From Octopus vulgaris (taxonomy: Eukaryota): 64,000 nt of DNA. Location of the stretch: positions 11,346,001 to 11,410,000 of the forward strand of contig OX597838.1 in NCBI GenBank assembly GCA_951406725.2. The letters are read 5' to 3'. The translations under genes were made by a program, and so were the position numbers. The notes below the pieces were generated by a model that was not told the DNA's origin, did no database searches, and saw only the letters and a program-made list of their open reading frames with translations. Below, in pieces: positions 12,831 to 26,558 of this stretch; the first letter of the stretch is position 1; every line of letters begins with the position of its first letter.

Positions 12831-13351
12831 TTAAGGTTGGTTGCAGCTGGTTAGATAAATTTCAAGAAGAGGACAGGTGTTTATAGTGTTGTCAGGTATG
12901 GAGAAGCAACGAGTTCTGACACTAAGGCAGCTGAAGATTTTGTGTGTGGCACAACTGCGTCAGTTGAAAGCTCCCTATACCAAATGCCAATAGGTTTTAG
13001 GGGCCATCAGGAGAGAATGCATACCAATTTGGGGTCTTCCTCTTGATAGCTTTACGGCTCACTGGTCCCACCTCAGTGATGTGAGGACCCTGTCTGCTTG
13101 ATCAACTAATTAGAATTCAATCTTGAGTCCCGTCTCAGGTTCATCACCACCATTCAAGTTGTGGAGTCAAACAGGTCTGACTTACCTCACACCCAAAACA
13201 CATCACCTCTCCAACCAAGTTTCATCAGTCTTTTTGAGCAATCCCAGCATGGCCACAGCCTAATGACTGAAGCAAGTAAAACATAAAATGTATCCAATAA
13301 CAGGCTCTCTTTTAGAATTCTGATTCAAGTTGGAATTTACTGAAATACTCT

Positions 13352-13745
13352 GTTTACCTGTTTCAGTCATGTGACTGTGGCCATGCTGGAGCACCGCCTT
13401 TAGTCGAGGAAATCGACCCCAGGAATTATTCTTTGTAAGCCTAGTACTTATTCTATCGGTCTCTTTTGCCAAACCGCTAAGTTACAGAGATGTAAACACA
13501 CCAGCATCGGTTGTCAAGTGATGTTGGGGGGACAAACACAGACACACAAACATATACACACACATACATATATATCTACATATATACGACTGGCTTCTTT
13601 CAGTTTCCGTCCACCAAATCCACTCACAAGGCTTTGGTCGGCCCGAGGCTATAGTAGAAGACACTTGCCCAAGGTGCCACGCAATGGGACTGAACCCGGA
13701 ACCATGTGGTTCATAAGCAAGCTACTTACCACACAGCCACTCCTA
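13352..13745 (-). mobile_element. SINE family A
   Basis: Reverse-complement copy. Confidence 0.85.
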
Positions 13746-15314
13746 CAGTTTTTTTTTTTTTATCAATCAAATTTCAAATTTCCAAATGCAAAATAAAAAC
13801 AAATTAAAATATTTGAATCAAAATTCTCAACTCAGCACACAATACAATACCACATACTTCAATGCTACATACATATTACAGACACTACGTGACAATACCT
13901 CTAGTTGCACTGATGGCAATGTACAGCCGGTTTCGTGAGCAGTGTATATCAAGTGCACATGCTCACATGGTTTGCTAAGAACCTTCAGACAGAAAAATGT
14001 ATGAAGTGAGAAAGAGTACCTTGTGACAGCTGCATAACTCTTGCTTCTTAGGTAAGGAGGAGGGAATACTTGTGGCTAAAGACAGACGATTTAAAGATAA
14101 TCAGATTAAATTTCATAATAGCAAAAGACTTAATCCAAACTCTAGGAAAGCAAGTAATTTTTTTTTTTTCCTCAGCCTTCCTTTTTTTTACCACAAAGTA
14201 ATTATTTAAGGATTTTTTTTTTCAGTTGCCCTACTAGCTACATAAAAAATGAAGTCTATATAACAGTTGGTGCATGTTTTGAACAGTAAAAACTGATGCT
14301 ACCAAATCATCGTCAGTTCTCTGTGTAACCAAGTCTTGACTGTTCTATGTTCGGTGAAGAATGGGAATTTTCAGCTTGCCTGTAAACAGATGAAGCTTGA
14401 ATATGGCTGAAAAGGAATGGTAAAACCTGGTTGGAGAGATGATGCGTGAATGTGAGATACCTGTTTGCCTCTATGGCAAGTCAAACCTGCATGACTCCAC
14501 AATTTGAATGGTGGTGATGATCAAATAAGTGAGGGGACCTTACATCAGTGAAGTGGGGCCAGTACACAGTAAATTTGTTGAATGGTGTCCTGATGACCGT
14601 GATACCTACTGACATCTGGTATATAGGGCCAGTTCCCTGGTTTCTTTGCCATACATATTTTCCCCACCTGGATGGGATGGGATGCAAGTCCATCAAATGC
14701 TTGCTCATTTTTACCAGCTGAGTGGACTGGAGCAACATGAAATGAAGCACCTTGCTCAAGATCAAAACACATCATCCAGTCCAGGAATCAAAACCAGTCT
14801 TAAAGTCCTGAGTCCATCCTAACTACTAAGTTATGTGCCTCCGCCCTCAAATAGAATACCTTGTATTATTTGTTGTAGCTTTCTGTGCACTGTCAACTTT
14901 GCCCATTATCTCTTCAGGGGTCAATAAATAAAGTATCAGGTCAGGTTAGGGGATGAGCAGAATGTTAGAGGTGCCTTGTGGTAGCTATTTCAGCTCTGTG
15001 CAGTCCGAGTTAAAATCTTGCCTCCTGTCCACTGGGAAAGTAAAAGAGGTCCTTCTTTGAGACTTGGAAAAAATAGTAGCAGGCCTTGGTAAATCCTTAA
15101 GCAAGTGTCCAAGTATTTTGGTTGACCATTCTCAATGCCAAACATTTTTTCACCTGCCAAGATAACCAACAGATGAGAAAGGAAAAAAAAAAGACTTTCA
15201 GAGCCCCAACAAACAAATGAACATAATATTATTAATCGTCATTTTAACAGGTGGAAATGAATATCAATTCCAGCAGTTCTGAATGTATACGATATCCCAC
15301 TAAAGAAAAAAAAA

Positions 15315-15655
15315 GGGCAAGTGTCTTCCACTATAGCCTCAGGCCGACCAAAGCCTTGTGAGTGGATTTGGTAGACGGAAACTGAAAGAAGCCCGTCGTA
15401 TGTATGTATATATATATATGTGTGTGTGCGTGTGTGCTTGTGTGTCTGTGTTTGTCCCCCTAGCATTGCTTGACAACCGATGCTGGTGTGTTTATGTCCC
15501 CGTCACTCAGCGGTTCGGCAAAAGAGACCGATAGAATAAGTACTGGGCTTACAAAGAATAAGTCCCGGGGTTGAGTTGCTCGACTAAAGGCGGTGCTCCA
15601 GCATGGCCACAGTCAAATGACTGAAACAAGTAAAAGAGTAAAAGAGTAAAGAGTA
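15315..15655 (+). mobile_element. SINE family A, 5' truncated
   Basis: Starts at gggcaagtgtcttc and lacks the tRNA head. Confidence 0.8.
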
Positions 15656-16431
15656 ATCTTGCTCAATATCATACACCATTTGTCTACAGTGAGAAATGTT
15701 CTCCACAACAAAACACAATGAACAGCTTTCTTACAGGTTCAAATATGCTGCAAGCATATCTAAACCTTGTAAATGTATAATAATGTGAAGTGCAGGCATG
15801 GCTGTCTGGTTAAGGAATTTATTTCAGAACCTCATGGTTTGGGTTTCAAGCCCACTGCAGGGATATTGTCAGTTGGTGTCCCAACAGGTGTGTGTGCATG
15901 TGCACATGCACACAAACACACTTTCTGCGTGGTCAGAAAGTTTGTTTCCCAACCACATGGTTTCAAGTTCAGTCCCACTATGTGACACCTAGGGCAAATG
16001 TCTACTGTAGCCCCCAGGCCAACCAAAGCTTTGAGTGGATTTGGTAGGGAGAAACTGAGAGAAGCCTGTTTTGTGTGTGTGTGTGTGTGTGTTCACTACT
16101 AGCTCCTTACCTTGTCTACAATTGATATTTGAAAATGAGTGTCCTTCATTTGGACCTCCTCCTTGCTATGTTGTATGTGAAAAGACACCAACTCTATGAG
16201 ACATGTACACGCTCATACACTTACACACATACACTCACAGACAGATATACACATATACACAAAATGTGATGTCATCACCATGGTATAAAATAGAAAGATT
16301 ATCTCTATGATATGTTATATTGTTTTAATGGAAATGAAAATAAAATCTCATACTGACACTGGCGAGCCCTCACATACATATAATAAGATAGACACACACA
16401 GACATACATTCATGCATGTCAGTTGTCATAT

Positions 16432-16660
16432 ATGTATTTCTTTATTACCCACAAGGGGCTAAACATAGAAGGGACAAACAAGGACAGACAAATGGATTAA
16501 GTCGATTACATCGACCCCAGTGCGTAACTGTTACTTAATTTATCGACCCCGAAAGGATGAAAGGCAAAGTCGACCACGGCGGAATTTGAACTCAGAACGT
16601 AACGGCAGACGAAATACGGCTACGCATTTCGCCTGGCGTGCTAACGATTCTGCCAGCTCG
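16432..16660 (-). mobile_element. SINE family B
   Basis: Reverse-complement copy of 9921-10152. Confidence 0.8.
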
Positions 16661-17119
16661 TGGTTATAATTAAAGGTATAAAAGTGAAACAATATATCAC
16701 TTTACAATATAGATCTTATTCTTTTACTTTTATTCTTTGACATTTGACACGTAATACGAACCAGTGCCAATGTTGCATTATTTTAAAGAAAATTGCATGT
16801 TGACGTTTACGAGGTCTCATAGTATTACCATGTAAAATTTGATTTGATTTGGTTGAGCCATTTGAGAATGCATTCGGAACCGAGAGACAAAGGATTTTAT
16901 ATACATAGATCTTTTGATCTGATGGAACCGTTTTAGAATGCATAGGGAACAGACAACAGAGAGACAAAGAATTTTATATAGAAAGAGATGATTTATTTTA
17001 TTTGCCACCAGGGCAGACACAGCTGTAACCCTATTAATGAAAGGTCTACGGGACTAGACACGGAAATAACAGAAACGATATTACATTAATGGTCAATCTT
17101 TTTGGTACTAGGTCAGCGA

Positions 17120-17284
17120 CGTTCTGAGTTCAAATTCCGTCGAGGTCGACTTTGCCTTTCATCCTTTCGGGGTCAATAAATTAAGTACCAGTTACGCACT
17201 GGGGTCGATATAATCGACTTAATCCGTTTGTCTGTCCTTGTTTGTCCTCTCTGTGTTTAGCCCCTTGTGGGTAATAAAGAAATA
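17120..17284 (+). mobile_element. SINE family B, 5' truncated, 16-bp TSD
   Basis: GGTACTAGGTCAGCGA at 17104-17119 and 17285-17300. Confidence 0.85.
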
Positions 17285-18396
17285 GGTACTAGGTCAGCGA
17301 TTTTGTGGGGCAGGGATTAGTCGATAGCATCGACCCTAATACTCGACTGGTACCGTAATTTATCGACACCGGACGGATGAAAGGTGAAGTTCAACCTTGG
17401 TCGGATTTGGACTCAAACTGTAAAGAGCCGGAGTAAATACCGCGAAACAAATTATCCAACATTCTAACGATCCTGCTGAACAACGATACCCATCAATAGT
17501 AAGTGGGTGGAGTTTCATTAATGGTTGTTCCTCGAAGAACCACTCCGCATGGATTCCCCACCCGCTTCGTGTTGAAAGTATTTCTGTATTACAAGCGACG
17601 GGAAATATTCTGGGGGAAAAATATATATATTTCAAAACCCCGCCGATAATTGTTTTGTAACATAAGCATTAAACTAAATTTGGTACGAGGGAGTTTAGTG
17701 TATTTTAGCGGTTGCCCTCGGAGGGATTTGAACTCAGAACGTAAAGTGACGCACACCCGGAGTTTAGGGTTAGGTTTAAATTCAGGGTTACGCCGAAAAC
17801 GAGTGGTGTGCGTACTCTTTACGTATTTCTTTACTACCCACAAGGGGCTAAACACAGGGGGGGACAAACAAGGACAGACAAAGGGATTAAGTCGATTACA
17901 TCGACCCCCCAATGCGTAACTGTTACTTAATTTATCGACCCCGAAAGGATGAAAGGCAAAGTCGACCTCGGCGGAATTTGAACTCAGACCATAACGGCAG
18001 ACGAAAATACACCGCTGCCTGTAAAGTGGGGTCTCGGATACAAAAGCAACATTAATTAGAAGACAAATAACTTCGAATGCTCAGTCACAAAATGTTAACA
18101 AATGTAGAAAAGACTAATTTATAAAGACTGTGTATTATAAGGTGAGGAATTTGAGAAGAAAAAGTCGGTTATATCGACCACAGGAGGATGAAACGCGAAG
18201 TTGACCAAGGTAGAATTTGAACTCAAAACAATAAGGACCCGCAACTAAATAATGGGATTTGTAACAATTCGGAAAATATTTGTTAATGACTTTTATGTAT
18301 ATATACATTACTATAGCATAAATATCTGTATTAATTATTCATTTTTAAGAAAAATATGAAAAAAAAACAAGAAGAATTATATTTGAATGTTATTTT

Positions 18397-18421
18397 GGAT
18401 CTTTACTCTTTGAAAAGATCC
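18397..18421. mobile_element. 25-bp GGATCTT-family mini element
   Basis: GTTATTTT|GGATCTTTACTCTTTGAAAAGATCC|GTTATTTT, perfect 8-bp TSD. Confidence 0.7.
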
Positions 18422-19299
18422 GTTATTTTTGTTTTTTTTCATCGACCTTCAATAAAAAATATATATATATAATACTAAAACATTGCCGTTTTGATAAAGT
18501 GTTTCAATTCATTCAATTAAAAAGTATTCGTGTTTCTACAATATCATGAAAGAAACTTTGTTACGAGTTCGTTTTTTTAAAAATCTTTTTCCATTCATTG
18601 AAAAGTCGTCCTAACAACGACCACTCAATTATAATTGTATATAAAACTGACATACAACAATAAGAAAAAAAACAGCGTGAATAAATTCTATACATATTTA
18701 CAAAACAGAAATATATATATATATATATATACATACATACATGGAGGAAATGAGTTTATTTTCTTTTTTCGGTCTAAACTGTAGGTAAAACTACCACCTC
18801 GTGTTTTTGTTACTGGCAATAATGTCTCATATAATTCTTGCTCTCGTGGTTACCACTAACACATTGTAACTAAACATGTCACAGAAATTTACTATCCAGG
18901 AATAAACAACGCACCTGTCTTTCACCTTCCTTTACCTTACCTAATTAAGCAACAGCTTCTATCATTTCTTCGTCTCTCTCCTCCTTCACATATTTTCATA
19001 TCTCTATCTTACTTCTCATTCATTCTCCTCTTACCTTTTCTAATCACTTCTCTTAGTTTCTTTGTTTCTTTTCTCGGTATTTCTTCTTCGTCTTCTCTCT
19101 CTCTCTCTCTCTCTCTTCCTCCCATAAGACCTTAGTCTCTTTATCCGATTATTTACCGCTAGTTTTCTCCGCATTCTTTCATTTAATATGTCACACGTAT
19201 CTCATTCGGACGGCTTTTCTACCCTTATATGTCTCTCTTCCATCTTGTTTTAGTCTATATATGTCTTTATCCATTTCTCTCTCTTTATTTTTTTCTATC

Positions 19300-19775
19300 T
19301 AGATACATTCATACATACAAACATATATACATACATTCATACATGCATGCATACATACATACATACATATATATACATACATACATATATACATACATAC
19401 ATACATTCATACATACATTCATACCTACATACATTCATACATACATTCATACATACATACATACATACATATATACATACATTCATACATACATTCATAC
19501 ATACATACATACAAACATTCATACATACAAACATGCATTCATACATACATATATACATACATTCATTCATACATATATACATACATACATACATACATAC
19601 ACACATTCATACAATCATACATACATACAAACATACATACAATCATACATACATACATACATACATACATACATAAATTCATACATACATTCATACATAC
19701 ATATGCATACATACATACATACATACATACATACATACATACATTCATACATTCGTATATACATACATGCATGCA
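19300..19775. repeat. (TACA)n degenerate microsatellite
   Basis: Direct inspection. Confidence 0.9.
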
Positions 19776-20215
19776 TGTTTCGTAGAACAAGCAGATGTAC
19801 TTTTTTATATTCTTAATTGCTCAATTTAAAAGGGGAAAGTGTGTGCAGTTCTTACTACGTTTTTCTTTTCTCTCTCACAATGCGTCTGCATTTCCTTTCG
19901 TTTCTGTTCTTTTATTTGTTTCAGTTATTTGACTGCGGCCATGCTGCAGCACCGCCTTTAGTCTAAGAAATCGACCCTCGGGACTTATTCTTTGTAAGCC
20001 TAGTACTTATCCTGTTGATCCCTTTTGCCGAACCGCTAAGTTACGGGACATAAACACACACATAAACATATATATATGTCTTTATCCATTTCTCTCTCTT
20101 TATTTTTTTCTATCTAGATACATTCATACATACAAACATATATACATACATTCATACATGCATGCATACATACATAAATTCATGCATACATATATACATA
20201 CATACATACATATAT

Positions 20216-20288
<73 letters not shown>

Positions 20289-20349
20289 GTGCCCACATAA
20301 ATGTGAAACAAGGTGGAAAAAAGAGTACTCAAATACCAGTGGTATAGTA

Positions 20350-20516
20350 ATATGCTTTATTTAAAGCAGCAGAAAATTCAACAAAACCTGTAACTCTGAG
20401 TTTCCCGTTGCCGTTCATCGGACAGTTTTTGCTGCAAAAACTGTCCGATGAACGGCAACGGGAAACTCAGAGTTACAGGTTTTGTTGAATTTTCTGCTGC
20501 TTTAAATAAAGCATAT
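20350..20516. repeat. Perfect 83-bp-arm palindrome (Penelope-like inverted terminal structure) with hammerhead-like motifs
   Basis: Arms 20350-20432 and 20434-20516 with a 1-nt spacer; TA-rich tracts on both sides. Confidence 0.9.
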
Positions 20517-20769
20517 ATATATGTATGTATGTATGAATGTGTGTGTGTGTGTGTATTACAAATAAGAAAATGGAGAAGCACATTAGTTGGTTCATCAGCT
20601 TTAGGATATTAAAATGTTGACTAATATATTTATCAAAACGACAACCATAATAACATACATATATGCTGTATAAAATTCAATGCATATAAGATAAGAATAC
20701 AAGTAGTTATTTAAAAAATATACGACAGGCTTCTTTCAGTTTCCGTCTATCAAATCCACTCACAACTAG

Positions 20770-20965
20770 GGCTCGCAAAGTTTATATTCTCTGTTATCAA
20801 AGTTCGCTCGTACAAAATTTCATTTTTTGTAGGAGATTTACGGAAAAGTTTTGAAATTTTTCTTACCTTATTTAAAACTTTGTTAAATTCAGGTTTTAGC
20901 TGGGGAAAACAAGCATTTTCATGAACCAAATCTGTTTGACAAAGTATGTCTTGTTGGCTTATGTC
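20770..20965 (-). mobile_element. hAT transposase fragment
   Basis: LNKVRKISKLFRKSPTKNEIL resembles hAT transposases. Confidence 0.5.
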
Positions 20966-20975
20966 AGCTTCATCA

Positions 20976-21087
20976 TCACTATCGTCTGTTATGGCGATCA
21001 CTGTCGTCTGTTATGGCGATCACTATCGTCTGTTATGGCGACCCCTATCGTCTGTTTAGGCGACCCCTATCGTCTGTTATAGCGATC
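20976..21087. repeat. 22-bp tandem repeat, 5 copies
   Basis: ctatcgtctgttatggcgatca units at 20979, 21001, 21023, 21045, ~21067. Confidence 0.9.
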
Positions 21088-21465
21088 TCTTCACTTTTTT
21101 TATCAAAAAATTTAGTGTTACTTCCTTGAAACGAATCTGGAACTGGTTATTACATATGTTCAACGGGAAAGATCACCCGACTGAAGACTAACAGCATCCC
21201 CTTGACTTGCTACGAATAAACTCAGTTACCTACAAACTCAAAGAGTCAGCCAGGGGTTAGCGAAGGAGATGACAAGGTGCTGATCTAAGGTTCAAGGGGA
21301 AAGAAGGTGAGAATCGATATGTTGCGATATGTTTCAGTGAAACAGACAGCACTCTCAACTAAAAGCGACCGACAACAGTTCAGTCAGTTCAGTTTCAACG
21401 ATATTTCTTGAAAAGAAAAAAATGGAGAAATGTTTTGCGAAAAAAAAAAAAGAAAAAGAAACAGT

Positions 21466-21580
21466 GGATCTTTTCACTTTGACCGGTACATTTAAAGAAT
21501 AGTTATTTGTAACTAAACACTTTTAAACTTCGTATACTGGTAGAATGTGTTACATTAAACATCTTTTATTGAAAAGATCC
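21466..21580. mobile_element. GGATCTT-family MITE, internally deleted
   Basis: GGATCTTTTC...GAAAAGATCC; shared subterminal gtaactaaacacttttaaacttcgtata; degenerate TSD GAAACAGT/AAAACAGC. Confidence 0.7.
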
Positions 21581-22080
21581 AAAACAGCAAGCATTAAAAT
21601 CTGTTTGGGCAAATCGGTTTCGGTTTTACTGATCATAATATTGTAACAAATAGCCATTTTGAAATATGGCGCGAATTGGCAATATGATGTAATGTATTGC
21701 CTAAGAATTACTATTTTCGTTTTTTTCATTGGTTAATATAACTACTCATATAAGGATTCTAAAAAGTTACGTAAAGAATATTTGTAATGGATTTCGATTC
21801 TTTTAAGTCAAGTTGAGCAGTTATAAAAACCCTGGATTTTGGGAAAAGCTTTAGTGTTTTGTTGGATGTAACTGAACTCCACGACACTCATCCCTTTGAG
21901 ACATTGGTGATTTTCATGCCATGTCCAAAGACAATCACAAGTCTATTTTGAATTGTTGATTATTCTATTAGTTAGGTTTACGAATTAGTTAATGAATATA
22001 TAGTCGTACTTCTACACGACAGAAATTGTCTTTCCTTTCTAATGTAAATAATATAAAATGTTATATTTGTATAATAAAAC

Positions 22081-22475
22081 GGCAATCTTTCGTCTCTAGT
22101 AGACCTTTCCGTCGATTTCCGTAAAAAAATTTTTTTTTTACATATGGGCTTGCGGGAACTTTTGAAGTAATGAGAGCGAAAGAGACTAAGAGAAAGCGAT
22201 TGTATGACGAGGGAAGTTCTTTTGAAGTTACCGTGCATGTGAAGCATTGATGTACATGTGTGTGTGTTTGATGGGGGTGTGGGAGACAGACAGTATGTTG
22301 TGTAAGTGAAGTGCTTCTGTTAGTGTGTGTGAAAGAAAGAGATAACTGAAATTTTTTACTCGGTGTATGTGTATTTGTATGTATATTACTTCAAAAGTTC
22401 CCGCAAGCCCATATGTAAAAAAAAAATATTTTTACGGAAATCGACGGAAAGGTCTACTAGAGACGATAGATCGCC
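22081..22475. mobile_element. Merlin-like MITE
   Basis: About 90-bp TIRs starting GGCAATCT and ending AGATCGCC; perfect 8-bp TSD AATAAAAC; GGNRM terminus fits Merlin/IS1016. Confidence 0.8.
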
Positions 22476-23170
22476 AATAAAACTAATTAAGAAAATGTTT
22501 CTCTTCACGTTTTTTTCAACTGAGTATAAATAAATATGCATTTCTGTAATCATTAAATTATATTTTCTTATAGCGGTTAAATGAACACTAAGAAAATATA
22601 CATACATGTCGTTAATATTCATAGCGTTTCATGAGTATATTTCTCTATGGCGTTATATACTGTAGTTCGGAATCATTATATTCACCCTTACTCAAAAAAG
22701 CCAAATAAATTAATCTATTTCCCAATAGAAAACAATAAATAGCATTACATCACTGTAACAAAACTAAATAGAGAATATACTATAATAATATAACCTAAGA
22801 GAAAGCTCAAGGTATCCTAAAACCAGCTATGATATAAAACCGGTTTCGAGGCCGACTCACAAGGTTTTGGTCGGCCCGAGGCTATGGTAGAAGACACTTG
22901 CCCAAGGTGCCACGCAGTGAGACTGAACCCCTGTTACTTTACCTTTCCTTCTTCTGGATTTCAACGGTTCCTTTTTGTTTCAGTTATCTTATATCTTTGA
23001 AAAACGGACCCAGTCTTCTCATTCGTAAAATGAGGCCCCTTTAATTTTGCTCTGATTGCTTTCAATTCTGGTGTATCAGTGCAACTCTGCACTTTGATTA
23101 CGACCAACCTATTACTCTATCTCGTAAATTAAAGAATCTGATGTTATTTGGAATTAAAGTTGGGATATTT

Positions 23171-23564
23171 GGATCTTTTCGGTTTGAACAGCAGTTTTTA
23201 AAAATAATTTCCACGTAACTAAACACTTTTAAACTTCGTATATTGGCAGGATGTGTTACATAAAACGTCTTTTTCTCTTGGCTTTATTGAAGAAATTCTA
23301 TAGTTTGTAATATATTTGTTGTTTTTTCTGCAATTTCAACCAATCACTGACGTCTATTGAGGTGAAAACATTCTGTGCCGTATGAATATGTCCCTCGTTT
23401 AAGAAACAGATTGGGTTTATTTACATTTGTGAAGAAAAAAAGATTCCCTTCACCCCAACCCTAAAACAGATTGAAATGCAATAGATCGATACTAGGGTCA
23501 TAATTATGGGTGACAACTTCATATGACACCGCTAGAAAAACTGCCGTTCAAACCGAAAAGATCC
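23171..23564. mobile_element. GGATCTT-family MITE
   Basis: 29-bp TIRs with one mismatch, perfect TSD GGATATTT. Confidence 0.88.
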
Positions 23565-24653
23565 GGATATTTGGGTAATTTTAGCTAATCAACAGACAGC
23601 GAGGCATTAACAGCTTGTTACCATGTCAACCACGCATTGAGTTGTGCTTCACCCGCATGTGTTGATTTTTCACACTACGAGGTTTACTTCATCCGTGTGT
23701 TTTGTTTTAATAAAAAATTTATATTGATCAATTAGACTCTTATTGTAGTGGGAAAGGTGTAGCAAAAGACGTTGATTTAGCAGATGAAATAGGCAGGTGG
23801 ACGACATGAAAGTACGACAATGGGAAAGCATCGGATTGTGGTTTGAATAATTTATTTAATCGACACTTGCATTTACTTGTTGTGTACACCAAAAAATTCA
23901 TTACATGACATCACCATCTTGCTTCGAGTTGGTGAAGAAGAAAATAAGCGAGGGAAATACTGTGTCGAAGTGATGAGGTAGAACTGGGAATGTTTTGTGT
24001 ATGTGTGTGTGTGTGCGTTGGTCATTCGGTGGTGTCTGTTTATGTTCTGCAATTGCTACTGTGTCGGATCGTTCATGCTGAATATGTGGTTCTATGTTGG
24101 CTGCTCAACTGGCGCAAGTTACTTGCTGGCTGTCTGCTTGGTGATGGCTCTCTCTGCCGTCCCTTGACAGATTGCTGTATTTATAATGGCCATGACAACT
24201 AGAAGGACAGACATACCACAGGAGTAATTTCTACTTATGTAGGTCGCCTCTACTTATGTCCACTTGAACCTTAAACAACACAGCCCAGGTCGTAGGTCGA
24301 AGGGAAATTCATCCATCACTTTTTGACAGGAGAAAGAAATTTCTTTCACGCCTGTTTGGCCAGTGGTTGATCAGATGAGTGAGAATCCTTGGATTCGGTT
24401 TCAAATCTCAGTTCGGAAAAAGGAAGTGTTAGTTTTTACATTATTATAGATATTTTTCGTGAATTATCTTAATATTTTTCATGTATAGCAAAAGTTGTTT
24501 ACGATGTTTATACAGTTTCTGGGCATTCTGAAGGTGAATTGAATATACGAACTTAGTACTAATGGTAGTGCTCCAGTATGGCTGTAGCTCTCACGAGCTG
24601 TAACTAGTAAAAAAGCAAAACAGGATATACATATAAACATATATATATATAAA

Positions 24654-25053
24654 CTAGCAGTATCGCCCGGCGTTGCTCGGGTTTGTAAGGGAAATAACTA
24701 TATAAGCATTTTTAGAGATGTAAAGTATAATAGCCATCTCAATATGGCTAACCACAAAGGTGGGGGGGGTGTTACTGTAGCTTTTTACGTTCTGAGATTT
24801 AATAATAAATTTTTAGAGAGTTACTTCCCTTATATATGCCAAAAATGCATTAAAAATGGGAAAAATCGATGGTAAATTATTTTTTAAATCGTAGACTCAT
24901 CGTAGACGCTCGCTAATACCCAGAAGGGCTCGATATGAATCACGACTATAAGATACCCGGTTTTGGTTAAACTGCACCGCAAAATGTGGGAGTAGTTAGG
25001 AATCTAAATCGTAGGAGACAGACAGCACACAACCTCACTTTTATATATAAAGA
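24654..25053 (-). mobile_element. Non-autonomous Helitron
   Basis: On -: A|TC...CCCG-AGCAACGC-CGGG hairpin...CTAG|T; near-identical second copy starts at about 63896 and runs off the window. Confidence 0.8.
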
Positions 25054-25189
25054 TATATATATGTTTATATTGTTTTACTTTTTTACTAGTTACAGCTCAT
25101 GAGAGCTGCGGCCATACTGGAGCACTACCATTTGTTTAGCTACACTTTCATTACTTGAAAATCTCCTCTGATTCATTTGATGAACGAGT

Positions 25190-25753
25190 GAGTTTGATGT
25201 TGCTGCCTTCACCTGTATTTCCTGCCACCAAGGTAGGTTTATCCAGAATGCTTGACAGGAGGAGATCCAGTTTAGTTCTGATGACACCTATGTCTATCCC
25301 CTGTAGGTCTTTCAGGCTTTTTGGGAGATTACTGAAGAGCTGTGCATCCTTGAAATCCTGGACATTTCAGGAGCTGGTCCTGTATTTTGATGGCAATATT
25401 GAGATCTTTGGCACTATGCAGTGGTACCTTCTTCTGCTTCACAGTTGGACTGAACCTAAAATCACCTGGGTGCAAAATGGAATTCTTATCCACACAGCCA
25501 TTATTAATTTTTGTTTTGTTCTGAAGACACCTATGTCTATCCCTTGTAGGTCTTTCAGGCTTTTTGGGAGGTTACTGAAGAGCTGTGCATCCTTGAAATC
25601 CAGGACATTGCAGGAGCTGGTCCTGTATTTTGATGGCAATATTGAGATCTTTGGCACTATACAGTGTTGCCTTATTCTGCTTCACAGTTGGACTGAACCT
25701 AAAATCATCTGGGTGCAAAATGGAATTCTTATCCACACAGCCATTATTAATTT
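25190..25753 (-). mobile_element. CR1/L2-like LINE 3' fragment with 243-bp tandem duplication
   Basis: AQLFSNLPKSLKDLQGIDIGVFRTK on -; units start at 25275 and 25518. Confidence 0.55.
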
Positions 25754-26558
25754 GTGTGGAAAAGAAATGAATGCAATTCTTGTAATTTGTATGCAACATT
25801 ACACAAGTAAAGAAAATTTGAACCAAATTGGGCATTGTAAATGAAAAGGAAAAGATATGGAAAAATCTATCCATTTTCTTATCCATGTAGTAACATGGAC
25901 AACTATTCCAAAGCTCTGCCAATTTTCTTGAAACTAAATGTCAAGAAGGTAAAGGTTATCTAGATGGTTATGGTGAATCAGGAATAAAGAAAATCAGTCC
26001 TTGTTGTGGTGTGTTGGCCTGTGTGCTTCGGTGATCCTCGGGGCTTTGCCAGAAGTAAAAATTTGTCAGCATAGGGCCAACATCCCTACCCAAAGAAAAA
26101 AAAAAGTTACAGAGGCATTGGTGATAATTCAAAAACCAGCAAAACCTGGGAGAGGAAGACCTTCTCTTAGGGAAACACACCTGATTTGTAAGTTGGGATG
26201 GAACTCATAAGACGGGCAGTAGAGAGGCTGACAAAACAGGGCAGTTATAACTGTTCTAGATTATTATTTTAATATATCATTACTATAATTCAAATAAGCA
26301 GATTTGCCAAATTTTGTTATTCCAAATTGAAAGGAACTGCTTTGATAGCATTTTGAACCCTAACCCTTAATAAGCAGTGCTCGTTACAGCTGACTAGTTT
26401 GCAGATACTGCGTCCGAAAGAAAAGACAATTTTCAATTGAATATTTCGAAAAATCTCTATGTACATGGACGAAAGATCAACACAGAAACAAGAAATTTCT
26501 TTTCCTTGTGAATTTTCCTGTCACTAACAGGTCACTCGGAGTCATCTCCCTTGTTTCA

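Larger units (their letters stand above)
11810..12945 (+). mobile_element. Tigger/pogo transposase fragment (CENP-B-type HTH), interrupted by a SINE and a TTAA MITE
   Basis: ITIELKKEVIEKHERG / EMEKLLLLWINKKQLAGD..IICKKAQALYGDL / WLDKF...VVRYGEATSSDTKAAEDF. Confidence 0.8.

Noticed and set aside
23580-24420. Relatively GC-richer non-repetitive stretch as a possible first exon or promoter
   Set aside because: No ORF, splice pair or motif that can be supported from sequence alone.
25155-25844. 229-aa ORF with an internal repeat
   Set aside because: It is the antisense frame of a tandemly duplicated LINE fragment.
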